Notes under the pieces: model-generated
Database searches by the model: none
What the model saw: only the letters and a program-made list of their open reading frames with translations
What the model was told of the DNA's origin: nothing
Part shown: one piece after another, positions 19,338 through 30,065 of the stretch
Layout: every line of letters starts with the position of its first letter
Numbering within the stretch: the stretch's first letter is position 1
From: an uncultured Thermodesulfobacteriota bacterium
Lineage (GTDB): Bacteria; Desulfobacterota; BSN033; WVXP01
Assembly (NCBI GenBank): GCA_964348185.1
Contig: CAYGBW010000093.1
Span: 7,963 to 71,962, forward strand
Direction: 5' to 3'
DNA length: 64,000 nt
Position numbers and translations under genes: made by a program

Positions 19338-20033
19338 CTACGGCGTCCTTTGCCTGTATTCCCTGGGGGGAGTGAAGAGGTCGAGGTCCAGCTTTCCCGT
19401 GTCAATCCGTTTAACTTCGGTTACCTCTTTGAGGGTCTTCCCATAGACCATCCGATATTCTGTGGTCAGAATGGGAAAGCCCCATTCCTTGACAGCGTTA
19501 TAAATCTCTTCCCTCTCTTCCATTTCCCCTCTCGAAACGCTCCCTAGACCACCTGCTCCTTTCTTGATCGCGCTCAGCATCTCTTCGAGATCAACTTCCT
19601 GAGTGACCCAGCTGTCCTGAAAGAGAACCCCTTCAATAAACACCTTGACCTGCAGGGTCGCGAATCCATTGATGAACTTTTCGGCTCCGGTGGACTCCAC
19701 ACGGATCGTCCGACGAGGAGTGTTCTTTGGACGTGCCATTTTTTGCCAAACCCGTTCTCTCCAATCGGAGAAGGGATACTCGATATAGGTCTTGGACAGG
19801 TGATCGAGGATCACGATCCGGTCCTTCGTGAAATCCATGATGGTGCTGAGTTTTCCGTCTTTCTGATCGATTCGGAGTCTCTCCTTGGAATAGAACAGCA
19901 CCAGTCCGCTTTTCTTTCCCCAAACATCGATCATGTCCTGATCGATGACCGTCCCAGCCGTGACTGCACCCGCCGACAGGAGAACCGCACAGAGGACCCC
20001 TAACCTCCAGACTGCAAAGTGCTTTCTCCTCAT
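19338..20033 (-). CDS. Secreted hypothetical protein
   Basis: Signal peptide MRRKHFAVWRLGVLCAVLLSAGAVTAG. No confidently recognised domain. Confidence 0.45.
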   Translation of the reverse strand: MRRKHFAVWRLGVLCAVLLSAGAVTAGTVIDQDMIDVWGKKSGLVLFYSKERLRIDQKDGKLSTIMDFTKDRIVILDHLSKTYIEYPFSDWRERVWQKMARPKNTPRRTIRVESTGAEKFINGFATLQVKVFIEGVLFQDSWVTQEVDLEEMLSAIKKGAGGLGSVSRGEMEEREEIYNAVKEWGFPILTTEYRMVYGKTLKEVTEVKRIDTGKLDLDLFTPPREYRQRTP

Positions 20034-20128
20034 GATTGTCCCTCCGAAGAGCTTGACCCAGTCCACTCACGAGACTTGGGTCCCCAGATCAGGAAGGAGC
20101 ACCAAAAGGCAAAACAGCCGTGACCCCT

Positions 20129-20710
20129 CTAGGGGGACCCAAAAATCAGATCCAGAAACTGTTTCAGAATCGCTGCCGTGGCTCCCCAGATGCGATGGGT
20201 TCCATATCGGTATGTATAGACCGTCCGTTCGCCCCCTTCAAAGGAGATTGTTTTCTGCTCAAATCGGTCCCTCTGAAGAAGCGCCTGGAGGGGAACCTCG
20301 ATCACCTCCACGATTTCCTCAGTGTTCAGGACCAAGGGATAGGGGTATGGAAAGGTCCCCACAAAGGGGCGGATCATGTATTTTGTTAGGGTCTCCACAT
20401 CATCCAGGCAACCGAGAATCTCTACGTCTCTCTCTCTCAGACCAATCTCCTCAAAGCTCTCCCTTCGTGCCGTTTTTTCCAATGTCTGGTCTTCTCGATC
20501 GTACACCCCCCCGGGAAAGGAGATCTCTCCCCTATGGGTTTTCACTTTTTCTGTTCGTTTTGTTAGTAGAATATGATCGTCCTCTTCTTTCCTGAACAGA
20601 GGGAGGAGAACGGCGGAGGGGGTGAGGCCACCTGGGCTGATTACCTTCCTCACTCTGGCGGCGAGGATGGCCCGGACCCTCTCGCTCAGGCCCTCCATGG
20701 GATGGTTCAC
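20129..20710 (-). CDS. Nudix hydrolase, CoA pyrophosphatase-like
   Basis: Nudix box GGVYDREDQTLEKTARRESFEEIGL and the NudL-like LLTKRT upstream motif. Confidence 0.75.
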   Translation of the reverse strand: MNHPMEGLSERVRAILAARVRKVISPGGLTPSAVLLPLFRKEEDDHILLTKRTEKVKTHRGEISFPGGVYDREDQTLEKTARRESFEEIGLRERDVEILGCLDDVETLTKYMIRPFVGTFPYPYPLVLNTEEIVEVIEVPLQALLQRDRFEQKTISFEGGERTVYTYRYGTHRIWGATAAILKQFLDLIFGSP

Positions 20711-21765
20711 TCGGCCCTCCAGGAGATAATGTCCAGTGCCCCGTTTCCCGGATTTCTGTGAACCGTGACGATGAGCCTTTTCTCCACCTCGTTGACGATT
20801 CCAATCGACTCGATAGAGAAATACTCACTCTGCACCGTCAGGTTCGGTGGGAGACCCGAAATCCCGAAACTGTTGTTGAAATAGTCTCGAAAGGCCTGCA
20901 CCGTGGGAAAGGGATCTGCTGACCTGTCCTGAAGGGTTTCTTCGACCTGAAGGGCGTCGATGTCTTCGTGAAGAGCCATGATGACCGGGCCTGGCGCCGT
21001 GTTAACGTTGATATTGGGGCCTCGGTCGGGGATGGCCGACAGTAAGTCCTCCAGGGTCCATTTCCCTTGGAGTTTTGTGGGGCTTTCCCCTTCGAAAGCC
21101 TCAAAGGTTTTCTTCATGGCCTCGTCACTCCCCTTGATCATGCGGAGTTCGGTGATCGTGTCCATTGGACCGTCTTTGCAGGGGTAGGGAATATCCAGGC
21201 CCTCATAGTATCGCGCTTCTGCACCCCCCGGGTCGGTCTCCTCCTGATCCTGATCCACCCAGTCTGCAATCGCGTTCTGGAAGCCCTCATCGATCTCCCC
21301 ATAACGAAAAAGCCGATCCACAATGAATGAGACGTGATCTTGACCCTCAATCTTCTTGAGGAGGTTCACATTGATTTTCCTGTCTTCGTCAACGACCGTC
21401 ACAGCCAGGCGCCCCTCACCGAAAAGATCAGGCTCCAGTACCTGGGCTGCGGCGACCGTCTCAGTGAGGTTGGCCCAGGGCTCATCGAGATTGTCATTGG
21501 GGCCACCGCTCTGTTCGACCTCTTCCCGATCCTCCTCAGAATCCCTCCTCAGTACAGCCATAGCCAACTCTATCCCGGATCTGGCCACATAGTAGGCTAT
21601 CAGATCATCCCGGTAGGTCGCTGCAATCCTCACGTTCACCTGAGTGGAGTAAGTGAGTTCCACGAGAAGGGTCACAAGGATTGTGACAATAACCAGGGTG
21701 ATCACCAATGCGATTCCCCTCTCCGAAGGGCGTTCTTTTCTCGCTTTCCTGTCCATGGAAACCAT
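20707..21765 (-). CDS. gspK: Type II secretion system minor pseudopilin GspK
   Basis: N-terminal GIALVITLVIVTILVTLLVEL. Large periplasmic domain. Start chosen at MVSMDRK to avoid overlap with gspJ. Confidence 0.75.
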   Translation of the reverse strand: MVSMDRKARKERPSERGIALVITLVIVTILVTLLVELTYSTQVNVRIAATYRDDLIAYYVARSGIELAMAVLRRDSEEDREEVEQSGGPNDNLDEPWANLTETVAAAQVLEPDLFGEGRLAVTVVDEDRKINVNLLKKIEGQDHVSFIVDRLFRYGEIDEGFQNAIADWVDQDQEETDPGGAEARYYEGLDIPYPCKDGPMDTITELRMIKGSDEAMKKTFEAFEGESPTKLQGKWTLEDLLSAIPDRGPNINVNTAPGPVIMALHEDIDALQVEETLQDRSADPFPTVQAFRDYFNNSFGISGLPPNLTVQSEYFSIESIGIVNEVEKRLIVTVHRNPGNGALDIISWRAE

Positions 21766-22445
21766 CACCGTGACTGGATCGGAATCACCGCGTAGAAGGG
21801 GGCGCGTCCTCCTCCCTCGGTCTTGAGAATCAACTTGACCTCCACAGCCTGGGGAAGGGTTTGCTCCTCCTCTGAGTTCCACTCCTCTACCCACTCCTCG
21901 CCGTCAAAGTATCTGATGTCGATCCCCCAAACGTTATCTGCCAGTTGGTGGACCCCGCGATCTCCGGAAGCAGCCGCTTCAGGATCGCCTTCAAAGGGAC
22001 CGAAGGCAGGGTCCTGACGCCGGATCAACCGGCTTTCCTCTTCATCTTCGACGAGGGAGTATGAAATCTTCAGGAAGTCTGACTCCCTGATCCCCTCGGT
22101 CATCCTGATCCAGTAGAAGTTTGCCATGGCCGAGAAGGTAAGAGAATCCCGGGGTGTGTCGTTCTCTTCATCGTTCTCACCGACGAATCCCGTGTATTCC
22201 AGCCCAGACCGATAATAGGCCGACTGGATCTCACCGGTCATGCGATCGAGGATTGCTCGGGCTGTATGAAAGGGATCGCGGTCTGGGTTGACCCGGTGAA
22301 GGGCTGAGTAGCTTGAGGAGAAAACGCTGTAAGCGATCGTCAGGACAAGCGCCAGGATTACCATGGCCACCAACATCTCCACAAGGGTGAAGCCCCTCCG
22401 CCTCCTATGTCTCCTCCTCCCGTCTGGCAAGATAGGTGACCACAT
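21765..22445 (-). CDS. gspJ: Type II secretion system minor pseudopilin GspJ
   Basis: Prepilin N-terminus GFTLVEMLVAMVILALVL. Confidence 0.75.
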   Translation of the reverse strand: MWSPILPDGRRRHRRRRGFTLVEMLVAMVILALVLTIAYSVFSSSYSALHRVNPDRDPFHTARAILDRMTGEIQSAYYRSGLEYTGFVGENDEENDTPRDSLTFSAMANFYWIRMTEGIRESDFLKISYSLVEDEEESRLIRRQDPAFGPFEGDPEAAASGDRGVHQLADNVWGIDIRYFDGEEWVEEWNSEEEQTLPQAVEVKLILKTEGGGRAPFYAVIPIQSR

Positions 22446-22851
22446 CGAGATGTCTCTCCCTTCTCCCTTCGTTCCATGTGATCGTGACCTTCACGCGTCT
22501 CGCATTGTCAAAAGTCATCCCTCCGAACTGGGCCGCCTCGACGGACTTCTTCCACCGAAAGCCTGCATAGATATTGAGTTCATCGTCCCTTTCCCCTTCC
22601 TGGAAATCGCCCTCTTCCTCCTCCAGATCCTCGGGGAATCCGGCCATTTCAATCTGGCCCACCATGTTTCTTGCCAGCATGGCGGCAATCGTCATCTTCT
22701 GAGAGCTGTTGACGGCACGGATATCCTGATTCTCCAACCCCACGAGCGCCACCAGGGCGGTGGAGATGATCACCAGGCAAACCAACACCTCCATCAGGGT
22801 CAGGCCCCTGGGGGGATGGCGCTCGACATTATCACTCCACATATTCGTCAT
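22405..22851 (-). CDS. gspI: Type II secretion system minor pseudopilin GspI
   Basis: Prepilin N-terminus RGLTLMEVLVCLVIISTALV, 148 aa. Confidence 0.7.
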   Translation of the reverse strand: MTNMWSDNVERHPPRGLTLMEVLVCLVIISTALVALVGLENQDIRAVNSSQKMTIAAMLARNMVGQIEMAGFPEDLEEEEGDFQEGERDDELNIYAGFRWKKSVEAAQFGGMTFDNARRVKVTITWNEGRRERHLDVVTYLARREEET

Positions 22852-23452
22852 AGATTCTTATCCTCGCGGAAAGGGGAAGAATGTGGATCGAAGCCTGGCG
22901 GCCCCTGGCATCCTTCAGATGGACGAGAGTCTCCTCGACCCAGCCTTTGGGAAAGAAATGCGTCTTCACGTCGCCCTCGGTGAACTTCCCCCTGCCCACG
23001 ATGACGATATCCTCGAAAGAGACGTCCTCTGGAAGTCTGACTCTTCTGGACAGGACAGCGGTATCACTGACAAACTCGAGGTTTTCGTCGCGGAAAGTGA
23101 CCCAGTATTCATTGGCCTTCAGATCGTAGTTGAGTCGGTAGATCGTACGGCCCACCGTGGCCCGGTGAAAAAGGTATTTGGCCGTCCCTGATAGCCGCCG
23201 GCAGCTGACTCTCAGGTTGCGTCCTGTGAGACGGCCTAGCCTGGGGATGGAGAGGGCCACAAGAATTCCCATGATCAACATGACCATGGTGAGCTCAACC
23301 AGGGTGACCCCCCGGGGATCTGCATGTCTTCGGACAAGCCCCTTTGGAAGGACAGACTGCTCCTTCTCCTTCAAACCGGGGCCATCGGTTTTGACCGCAC
23401 CCCCCCCGACGTTGGAACAATGAGAAGAGCCGGCCCGAGACCTCCGGTTCAT
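22832..23452 (-). CDS. gspH: Type II secretion system minor pseudopilin GspH
   Basis: Prepilin N-terminus RGVTLVELTMVMLIMGILVAL. Confidence 0.7.
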   Translation of the reverse strand: MNRRSRAGSSHCSNVGGGAVKTDGPGLKEKEQSVLPKGLVRRHADPRGVTLVELTMVMLIMGILVALSIPRLGRLTGRNLRVSCRRLSGTAKYLFHRATVGRTIYRLNYDLKANEYWVTFRDENLEFVSDTAVLSRRVRLPEDVSFEDIVIVGRGKFTEGDVKTHFFPKGWVEETLVHLKDARGRQASIHILPLSARIRIYDEYVE

Positions 23453-23892
23453 CAGTCGAGCTCCCAGCTGTTGATGTCGGCAAACTTCTCCTCTCCCCCC
23501 TCTTCTCCATCGGCCCCGTAGGAAATGATGTCATAGTCACCATAGACTCCTGGAGAGAGATAGATATACGGACTCTTCCATGGATCCAGGGGCACCTTTT
23601 TCAGATACCCGCCCTCGGCATAGTTGGTCGGGATTCTCCCTATGGTGGGTTGTTCCACCAAAGCCTCGAGGCCCTGTTCCGTTGAGGGGTAAGTTCCGTT
23701 GTCCATCTGGTAGAGGGAGAGAGCGGTCTCGATGCTCTTGATATCCATGATGGCCTTCGTCCTTCTCGCCTGTTCCGGCCGATCCGATATCCTTGGGATG
23801 ATAATGGCAGCGAGAATTCCCAGAATCACGACGACCACCATGATTTCGATCAGGGTAAAGCCATAGGGATTCCAACGGCTCTTGAGTTTCAT
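23452..23892 (-). CDS. gspG: Type II secretion system major pseudopilin GspG
   Basis: [24 protein letters not shown] and a GspG-like body ([28 protein letters not shown]). Confidence 0.85.
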   Translation of the reverse strand: MKLKSRWNPYGFTLIEIMVVVVILGILAAIIIPRISDRPEQARRTKAIMDIKSIETALSLYQMDNGTYPSTEQGLEALVEQPTIGRIPTNYAEGGYLKKVPLDPWKSPYIYLSPGVYGDYDIISYGADGEEGGEEKFADINSWELD

Positions 23893-23923
23893 TTTTCTGC
23901 CTCACCTCCGGGTGGCTTTGGTC

Positions 23924-25153
23924 TCATTGGCCGACGACCATCTGATTCATTTCGAAAATGGGGAGCAGAACGGCAAGGACAATGAATAGAACGATCGCCC
24001 CCATCATAATCACAAGGAGGGGCTCCAGAAGAGACGTGAGACCGGAAACCGTCGTTTCGATCTGGTTGTCGTAGGCATCGGAGACCTTCAGGAGCATATG
24101 CTCCAGCTGGCCGGAGTTCTCCCCGATGGCGATCATATCGGTGACCATGGGGGGGAAGACCCCGCTGCGAGCCAGAGGAGCCGCAATGCTCTGCCCCTCA
24201 ACGATGCTCTCCTGGCTATCGGCGATGGCCTCTGCAATGACCCGGTTATTCACGATGTTCTTGACAATATTCATCGCGTTGATCAGGGGTATACCGCTCG
24301 CAAGAAGGATTCCCAGGGTTCGGCTGAAGCGCGTGGTGGCGATTATCCGGGTCAAGCGGCCAAAGATCGGGACGCGAAGAATCAACCGATCAAAAAGAGA
24401 CCTCCCCCTTTCCGCCTTGAAATAAAAGACCATTGCCATGGATATTCCGACCAGTCCCAGGAGCACGACCCAACCGTAGCTCTTGAAAAAGTTCGTCATC
24501 TCAAGGAGGATGACCGTGGGCAGAGGAAGGGCACGGCCCCAGTCTTCAAAGAGCTCCAGGATTTTCGGGACCACTCGAACCATCAGAAACGTCACTGCCC
24601 CTGACGCCAGAAACACCATGACCACAGGGTAGACGAGGGCCGCTGCGATCTGGTTTCGCAGTTTTACCTGGTTTTCCGTGAAATCGGCCAGCCTGAGGAA
24701 TACCACGTCCAGGGCACCACTCGATTCACCCGCCGCCACCATGTTGGTATAGAGGTTTGTGAATATTCTGGGAAACTGCCGAAGGGCTTCGCTCAGGGAA
24801 CTGCCCTGATTGACGCGTTCTCGGATCTGGCTGACCACTTTTTTCAGTTGGGGGTTTTCGATCTGATGGCTCAGCGAGCTGAGAGCGGGAACCATAGAGA
24901 GTCCCGCCCCGATCAGGGTGGCAAGCTGTCGGGTCATCACGGAGACATCTTGAATCCGAACCCTCTTGATCAGGAGGGTCAGGGAAAGATCCCGCCTGCT
25001 CCCCCGTCTCTCGGTGATGGTCTCCTGGAAATCGGTCGGAAAGACGCCGGTTTTTTTCAGCTTGGCCCGGGCAAGCCTCGGCGTGTCAGCATCGACGATG
25101 CCCCGAACGTCTTTCCCTCGGGTATCAACTCCACGGTACTCAAAGATTGGCAA
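23924..25153 (-). CDS. gspF: Type II secretion system inner-membrane platform protein GspF
   Basis: 409 aa with two repeated cytoplasmic domains and 3 TM segments. Typical GspF/PilC family. Confidence 0.85.
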   Translation of the reverse strand: MPIFEYRGVDTRGKDVRGIVDADTPRLARAKLKKTGVFPTDFQETITERRGSRRDLSLTLLIKRVRIQDVSVMTRQLATLIGAGLSMVPALSSLSHQIENPQLKKVVSQIRERVNQGSSLSEALRQFPRIFTNLYTNMVAAGESSGALDVVFLRLADFTENQVKLRNQIAAALVYPVVMVFLASGAVTFLMVRVVPKILELFEDWGRALPLPTVILLEMTNFFKSYGWVVLLGLVGISMAMVFYFKAERGRSLFDRLILRVPIFGRLTRIIATTRFSRTLGILLASGIPLINAMNIVKNIVNNRVIAEAIADSQESIVEGQSIAAPLARSGVFPPMVTDMIAIGENSGQLEHMLLKVSDAYDNQIETTVSGLTSLLEPLLVIMMGAIVLFIVLAVLLPIFEMNQMVVGQ

Positions 25154-25164
25154 CCGCCACTCCC

Positions 25165-27234
25165 CTATTGTGAGAGGATATCGTCCTGGGTCACTCGGAC
25201 CATCTCCTCTGTGGTTGTTATTCCGCTGAGCACCTTCCTGGCACCATCCTGGCGAAGGGACAGCATGCCTCGTTTCATGGCCATCTTCTTGATGGCACTC
25301 GAGTCAGTGCGCTTCATGACCAGGGTGCGAATATCCTCGTTGACCACGAGAAGTTCGAATATGCCGGTTCTTCCGGAATAGCCTGTCATCATACATTGGG
25401 CACATCCCACGGCCCGGTAGAGTTTCCTGTCCCCCAGTTCATCTCTTTCAATCCCCAGCCCCCCCAGCTCCTGAGAGGAAGGGACGTAAGGTTCTCGGCA
25501 GTTGTGACAGAGGATCCGAACGAGCCTCTGGGCCATGATCGCCAGAATCGAAGAGGAAACCAGAAAGGACTCAATTCCCATATCGATCAGACGGGTGATG
25601 GCCCCAGCCGAGTCGTTGGTGTGGAGGGTGCTGAAAACCAAGTGTCCAGTCAGGGATGCCTGGATGGCGATTTCTGCGGTTTCCAGATCCCGTACCTCTC
25701 CGACCATTATCACGTCCGGGTCCTGCCTCACAATGGATCGGAGCCCGTTGGCAAAAGTGAGATCGATCTTTGGATTGACCTGAATCTGGCCGATCCCTTT
25801 GATCTGATACTCGATAGGATCTTCAACGGTGATGATGTTTTTGTCAGGTGAGTTGATCCGGGTGAGGGCGGCATAAAGGGTCGTGGTCTTTCCGCTTCCC
25901 GTTGGTCCTGTGAGGAGAATGATCCCATGGGGGCTGTGAATCAATCGACTGAATGTCTCAAGCTTGTCCCCTGAAAAGCCGATGTCCTCGAGTTTGAGAA
26001 GGGTGCTGGTCTTGTCGAGGAGTCTCATGACGATCCGCTCCCCATGGGAAGTGGGGACCACGGAGACCCGGATGTCGACATCCCTGCCCGCAATCTTGAT
26101 TCGAATTCTTCCGTCCTGGGGAAGCCGCTTCTCGGCAATGTTCAGCCCCGCCATCACCTTGGTCCGGGAGATGATGCTAGGCTGAATCCGTTTGGGGAGA
26201 CTCAGCACATTGTAAAGGATGCCGTCGATCCGGTAACGAACCACGAGATCCTTTTCGAAGGGCTCCACATGGACATCACTGGCCTTCTGTTTCACAGCCT
26301 GATAGAGCATGGAATTGACCAGGCGGATGATGGGAGCCTCGTCCGAGGCATCCAGCAGGTCCGCGGGCTCTTCGAGATCATACGACAGGGCGTCCAGGTT
26401 GAGATCATCATCGATGTCTTCGATAATCTGCTGGGCCGTGTCTGAGTCCCTTTCGTAGATCCGATTGATGGTTTCGATAATCGTTGCCGAAGTAGCGAGA
26501 ACCGGGACCACATTGCAGCCCAGAAGGAGACGGATATCATCGAGGGGAAAGACGGCGAGGGGATCGGCGATGGCGACCTCCACCGACTCATCCCGCTTGT
26601 TTATGGGAAGAATCTCGTATTTCTTGGCAAAGTGTATGGGGATGTTGGCAATCAGTTCCCCATCGATGTCAACATCCTTGAGATGGGAGACAAAGGGGAG
26701 CCCCAGCTGCTTTCCCAGAGCCTTTAGAAGATCCCTCTCGTTGATGTGGCCGAGTCTGATCAACACCTCTCCCAGGGGGGATCCCTTTTCCTGCTGGACT
26801 TCCAGGGCCTCGTCTAGCTGCTCCCGGTTGATCAGAGCCTGGTTCAGAAGCATCTCTCCCAAAAGCTGGTGTTTGAGGGACACCTTGCTAAAGTCATGGG
26901 ATGAGTCGACCGGGGTTTCGTCCATGGGGGAGGGAGGAGGTTCTGGAGATTCCTCCACAGATGCCGGGAGGATATGGTCTGCCTTGAGCGGTTCACCTGG
27001 AGAGGCGCCGGACGAGGGTGTCTCCCCTTCCTGATGCTCAGGATGAAGCTCCGGCCTTTCGATCTCCGTTTTGAGGAGACGATCAAGAACCCGGCGGGTT
27101 CTCTCGACCCCCTTGAGCCTTTCAGCTTCTCTATCCAACTTCCATGATCTCCCTAGCGAGATTGAAGTAGTCCCGACATCCCGGAGAGTATCGATCGTAC
27201 TCGAAAATGGACTGCCCCACCCGGGTGGCCTCAT
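25165..27234 (-). CDS. gspE: Type II secretion system ATPase GspE (start uncertain; likely the internal Met near 26925)
   Basis: Walker A LLTGPTGSGKTTTLYA, Asp/His boxes, tetracysteine CHNC...CAQC, T2SE N-terminal domain LGEMLLNQALINREQLDEAL. The track ORF overlaps the upstream ParA-like gene by 104 nt. Confidence 0.85.
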   Translation of the reverse strand: MRPPGWGSPFSSTIDTLRDVGTTSISLGRSWKLDREAERLKGVERTRRVLDRLLKTEIERPELHPEHQEGETPSSGASPGEPLKADHILPASVEESPEPPPSPMDETPVDSSHDFSKVSLKHQLLGEMLLNQALINREQLDEALEVQQEKGSPLGEVLIRLGHINERDLLKALGKQLGLPFVSHLKDVDIDGELIANIPIHFAKKYEILPINKRDESVEVAIADPLAVFPLDDIRLLLGCNVVPVLATSATIIETINRIYERDSDTAQQIIEDIDDDLNLDALSYDLEEPADLLDASDEAPIIRLVNSMLYQAVKQKASDVHVEPFEKDLVVRYRIDGILYNVLSLPKRIQPSIISRTKVMAGLNIAEKRLPQDGRIRIKIAGRDVDIRVSVVPTSHGERIVMRLLDKTSTLLKLEDIGFSGDKLETFSRLIHSPHGIILLTGPTGSGKTTTLYAALTRINSPDKNIITVEDPIEYQIKGIGQIQVNPKIDLTFANGLRSIVRQDPDVIMVGEVRDLETAEIAIQASLTGHLVFSTLHTNDSAGAITRLIDMGIESFLVSSSILAIMAQRLVRILCHNCREPYVPSSQELGGLGIERDELGDRKLYRAVGCAQCMMTGYSGRTGIFELLVVNEDIRTLVMKRTDSSAIKKMAMKRGMLSLRQDGARKVLSGITTTEEMVRVTQDDILSQ

Positions 27235-27970
27235 TCAATCGGGTGTTCTTCCGGACCACTGTCTTGAGAAGATCCTTCCCAAAGAGTCGCTCAAGTCTCG
27301 CCTTTTGCAACTGAGCTTCCCGAAGCTGTTTCTCGAAAAACGTGATCAGAAAGAATATCCTAATCTCGAGAAAGAGGGCATCGATCAGGGCATCGATCGT
27401 CTCGGTGACCTTCAAAAGGCCGTGTATCGACAAAAAGGCCGGGGTAACCGGAATGATCACAATTTGGCTCGCCACGAGGGCGTTGAGGGTGAGCAAGCCC
27501 AGAGATGGAGGGCAGTCGATCACGATGTAACCGTAACGCTCCCCAAGTGGGTCGAGAAGGTGCTTCAGGCGGCTTTCTCTGTTTTCACCCCGGGCCAGTT
27601 CCAATTCCGCGCTGGCCAAATCGATATTGGCAGGAAGAACGTCCAAATTAGACTTCACCGGAACAATGGCCCTATCGATCGGACATCCCCCATTGACGAG
27701 CACATCGTATACCGAACGCTCCAGGGCTTCCGTCTTGATGCCCAACCCCACCCCGCTGTGCCCCTGAGGATCGATATCGACCAGAAGGGTTCTGCGACCG
27801 TGTGCTGCCAGGAAAGCGGAGAGGTTGATGGACGTCACGGTTTTCCCCACCCCACCCTTCTGGTTGCAGATGGCGATGGTTCGACGACGCTCGGGAGCAT
27901 GGACCCTCTCGACGGCTCCCAACCAGTGTTTCAAGGTGTCGATCCTATCGTTTGAAGTCCCACCGGTCAT
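27131..27970 (-). CDS. ParA/MinD-family P-loop ATPase embedded in the T2SS operon
   Basis: IAICNQKGGVGKTVTSINLS deviant Walker A, LLVDIDPQG, C-terminal VVRKNTRLNEATRVGQSIFEYD. Confidence 0.75.
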   Translation of the reverse strand: MTGGTSNDRIDTLKHWLGAVERVHAPERRRTIAICNQKGGVGKTVTSINLSAFLAAHGRRTLLVDIDPQGHSGVGLGIKTEALERSVYDVLVNGGCPIDRAIVPVKSNLDVLPANIDLASAELELARGENRESRLKHLLDPLGERYGYIVIDCPPSLGLLTLNALVASQIVIIPVTPAFLSIHGLLKVTETIDALIDALFLEIRIFFLITFFEKQLREAQLQKARLERLFGKDLLKTVVRKNTRLNEATRVGQSIFEYDRYSPGCRDYFNLAREIMEVG

Positions 27971-28013
27971 CAGAGTCTTACCCTCTTCTGTCCCTCCTGA
28001 TCCTCTGGGACCC

Positions 28014-30047
28014 TCACTCCCGGAGGCCTTCGTCTTGGATAATCTCCTCGGGTTCTATCTGCCACAGGTCGCTTGCCACATCCGCTTTCAGTTCTTCGGC
28101 GATCGCGCTCTCTTCCAGGAACCTTCCCATCCTGTCTCGTTTCTCCTTATAGAACCCCTCCAGATCCCTACTCGTCCGGATGATGTGAGGGGTGAGGATG
28201 ATCAGGAGACTGACCTTTCTGCTTTTTTTCTGGTTTGCCCGGAAGAGATATCCGAGGAGGGGAACATCCCCCAACCACGGAACCTTGTTGACCGTGTCGG
28301 AATGGTCATCTGACACCAGTCCCCCGATGACGACCGTCTGGTGATCCCTTACCACCACGGTGGTCTTGGCCGAGCGCACCAAGGTGGTCAGATCCACGGC
28401 CCCTTCGACCGTCCCGGCGGGCTGAACATTGGAGACCTCCTGATAGATGTTGAGCTTGACAAAATCCCCTTCACTGATCTGGGGGGTGAGCCGAAGGACC
28501 ACGCCCACGTCCTTCCGCTCGATCTCTTCAACCGGAAAACCGCTGGCAGTGGCCGTTGTCCTGACCAAAAAGGGGACATTTTCAGCCACCACGAGTTCGG
28601 CCTCCTCGTTGTCGGTGGTCAGAAGATGGGGAGTGAAAAGGATATTGGCATCCGTCTCGGTTTGGAGCGCCCGAATCAGGGCACCGACATTGAGAAACGT
28701 GACCCCTCCAAAGGTGATGGTCCCATCGGCTGCTCCGAGAATGAGGCCCTGAGTCGAGAATGGGTTCTCCAGGGGGGTCTCAAAGGTCGTCGCTCCAAAA
28801 ACCGAAGTGCTCGCCTCACTGGAATCCTTGGCGAGGTCGTCGGGAACGTGTTTGAACTCTACCCCCAGATCGCGGAGCTTGTCCATCCTGACCTCCATGA
28901 TGACCCCCTCCACAAAGACCTGGAGCCTACGGATGTCGAGGTATTCGATCACCGCTTTCAAGACTTCAAAATCCTGGGGAGAGGCGGTGATCACCAGGGA
29001 ATTGGTCGCCTTGTCCGGGGTGATCACCACGTCTCCAGCCAATTCGATGCGTTTCTGGCCTGGGGCTGCCACCTTTTGGCCCGCTGCTGTGATCTGTTTC
29101 AGGGTCTGTGCCAGTTCTTCGCCGTCGGCGTTTTTCAGATAGACCACGTTTATCCTGCCCTTCCCCTTGGGGGGAGGGACATCCAGCTTCTCGACGACGC
29201 TCCTAATCTGACGGGTATCATCCGCGCTGGCCACGACAACCAGAGAATTGGTTCTATCGTCAGGGATGATCTTGACCACCTGTTTGGTACTCACCCCCGT
29301 GACCGCAGGGGTCTGGGCCCTCCTTGCAGGCCTTGCAGGCCTCGGAGCAGGGGCCGGCCTGATCTCGAAGATGGAGAGCAACTCAGACGCGAGCTCCTTG
29401 GCACTGGCAAATTGCAGGGGCAAGACAGAGATTTCGACCTGATATCCCTCCACGTCCAACTCTTCCAAGATGTTGAGGACCTTGCGGACATTGGGGATCG
29501 AGTCGGTGAGGATGATGTCGTTTGTGTAGGCGTACGTGACCAGGCTGCTCTCCCTGGAGAGGAGGGGTTTGATCACGGGAGTTACGCTATCGGCATCGAT
29601 GTAATTCATGTGGATGATTCGGGTGACAAACTGCTCTCCTCTGAGGGCCCTCCTCTCCCAGTCCGGTATCGTATCGATCCCACTCGATTTGGCCTCTCTG
29701 GCGGGAACGATTTTGGTGATCGGGCCGGCAGGAACCGTGGTATACCCCTCCACTTCCAGAATGGATTCGAACATCCGGTAGGCCTCTTCAATTGTGATCT
29801 TGGTGGGAGAAATGACCGTCACCTGCCCCTTGACCTTACTGTCGACAATGAAGTTCTTTCCGGTGAGCTCACTGATAAACTTGATCACCACCCGAAGATC
29901 GGTGTCCTGGAAATTAACCGTAATGAGTCCCTTGCCTCTGACTTGCTCGGCTCCCACATCGATGGTCTTGGTGGAAAGGAGTGCCCCAACCAGAAGCCCC
30001 AACACGATCCAAGACCTCAAGATCCGACTGAATTTGTCCCTTCTCAT
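28014..30047 (-). CDS. gspD: Type II secretion system secretin GspD
   Basis: 677 aa. Signal peptide, N0-N3 domains, secretin domain (NVGALIRALQTETDANILFTPHLLTTDNEEAELVV...VPWLGDVPLLGYLF). Confidence 0.85.
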   Translation of the reverse strand: MRRDKFSRILRSWIVLGLLVGALLSTKTIDVGAEQVRGKGLITVNFQDTDLRVVIKFISELTGKNFIVDSKVKGQVTVISPTKITIEEAYRMFESILEVEGYTTVPAGPITKIVPAREAKSSGIDTIPDWERRALRGEQFVTRIIHMNYIDADSVTPVIKPLLSRESSLVTYAYTNDIILTDSIPNVRKVLNILEELDVEGYQVEISVLPLQFASAKELASELLSIFEIRPAPAPRPARPARRAQTPAVTGVSTKQVVKIIPDDRTNSLVVVASADDTRQIRSVVEKLDVPPPKGKGRINVVYLKNADGEELAQTLKQITAAGQKVAAPGQKRIELAGDVVITPDKATNSLVITASPQDFEVLKAVIEYLDIRRLQVFVEGVIMEVRMDKLRDLGVEFKHVPDDLAKDSSEASTSVFGATTFETPLENPFSTQGLILGAADGTITFGGVTFLNVGALIRALQTETDANILFTPHLLTTDNEEAELVVAENVPFLVRTTATASGFPVEEIERKDVGVVLRLTPQISEGDFVKLNIYQEVSNVQPAGTVEGAVDLTTLVRSAKTTVVVRDHQTVVIGGLVSDDHSDTVNKVPWLGDVPLLGYLFRANQKKSRKVSLLIILTPHIIRTSRDLEGFYKEKRDRMGRFLEESAIAEELKADVASDLWQIEPEEIIQDEGLRE

Positions 30048-30065
30048 CCCTTCACCAACCCCTGC

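Noticed and set aside
26925-27234. Possible ~100-aa N-terminal extension of GspE
   Set aside because: The extended ORF overlaps the ParA-like gene by 104 nt and is Pro/Ser/Glu-rich low-complexity sequence. The conserved T2SE N-domain starts after the internal Met near 26925. The true start cannot be fixed from sequence alone.
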